Of a DNA stretch of 64,000 nt, positions 63,156 to 64,000 are shown in pieces. How positions within the stretch are numbered: the stretch's first letter is position 1; every line of letters begins with the position of its first letter. A program made the translations under genes and the position numbers. The notes under the pieces were generated by a model. The model was not told the origin of the DNA, ran no database searches, and was given only the letters and a program-made list of their open reading frames with translations. The stretch is from Piromyces finnis finn (lineage: Eukaryota > Fungi > Neocallimastigomycota). The stretch covers positions 992,001 through 1,056,000 of the forward strand of contig MCFH01000004.1 of assembly GCA_002104945.1 (NCBI GenBank), read 5' to 3'.

Positions 63156-64000
63156 ATGGATAATCAAATGAATGTTGCTAACATTCCATCTGTTGAAGAA
63201 GTTGAAAATGTAATTATACAAGAAAATATTTAATATCATTGTCTCTTATAATAATTGTTTATTCCATAAATTATAGTCTATTATTAAAAATATATCTAAA
63301 AGAAAAGAAAAGAAAAAGAATAATGATAATGATTACTTAACAAAAAACTGTTTTATTGAATTATATTTAAATGATTAAATATTTAAATATACTTTAACCT
63401 ATGAATTTTAATTTATATAAATAAACAAAAAATTATTAATGTTGATAATTAATGATAAATATATATAAAAATCAAAACATAATTGAAAGAGAAAATAAAC
63501 ACAAAAAGAAAAATAAGAAATTTTCTAAGAAAAATATATACATATATATACTCTCATTCTAACATTTTAATAATATACAATTAAACAATATCAAAGGTTA
63601 TAAATCAATTTTATGAAAGTTCAAACGATGAAATTAGAAAACCAGCTGAACATTGGTTACATGAACTTCAAAAACAACCATATGCATGGAGGCTTCCAGC
63701 TCAATTACTTAATTCATCTGTAATTAAACTATAAATAATAATTTTTCAAAAAAATTCAAATCATACTATATAAAATATATTTTATTCCAAATTATTTATT
63801 AATTGAAATTGATAAATTATATATATAATATGAATTGAACATTTATAGCAAGTAAGTTCTCAATTCTTTGGTGCTCATACATTTCAAGTTAAAATCTTAA
63901 GAGATTGGTATAACATTATAATATTTGTTTTATTTTATTTTTATTGAATATAAATTTCATAGTAATAGTATTAATATTTAATTATTTTATTAATAATAAT
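63156..64000 (+). CDS. Importin-beta family, importin-13/transportin-SR-like; 5' part only
   Basis: MDNQMNVANIPSVEEVEN, VINQFYESSNDEIRKPAEHWLHELQKQPYAWRLPAQLLNSS and QFFGAHTFQVKILRDW fit the IBN_N region of the IPO13/TNPO3 group. Confidence 0.65.

Overview
Extremely AT-rich, intron-rich eukaryotic DNA. The composition, short AT-rich GT-AG introns and a CFAP97-type ciliary gene suggest an anaerobic gut fungus (Neocallimastigomycota); this is inference. About 15 protein genes are recognisable: zuotin/DNAJC2 (partial), a sphingomyelin-synthase-family enzyme, Rab escort protein, a CFAP97-domain protein, TRAP1, CIA1, ISY1, BRE1, a TBC Rab-GAP, IWR1, HAUS1, a bromodomain+GATA+ET protein, RPB8, SF3B3/RSE1, FIGNL1 and the start of an importin-13-like gene. 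The most striking non-gene structure is a retroposon set. Two poly(A)-tailed, TSD-flanked elements share a tRNA-like head and a perfect 5' splice-site motif but have different bodies. A decayed LINE 3' end shares a 41-nt tail block with one of them. Other oddities are a BET-like protein with an embedded GATA zinc finger, an intron made almost entirely of (AAT)n, and a perfect 25-bp hairpin. Exon boundaries were read by eye and no database search was run.
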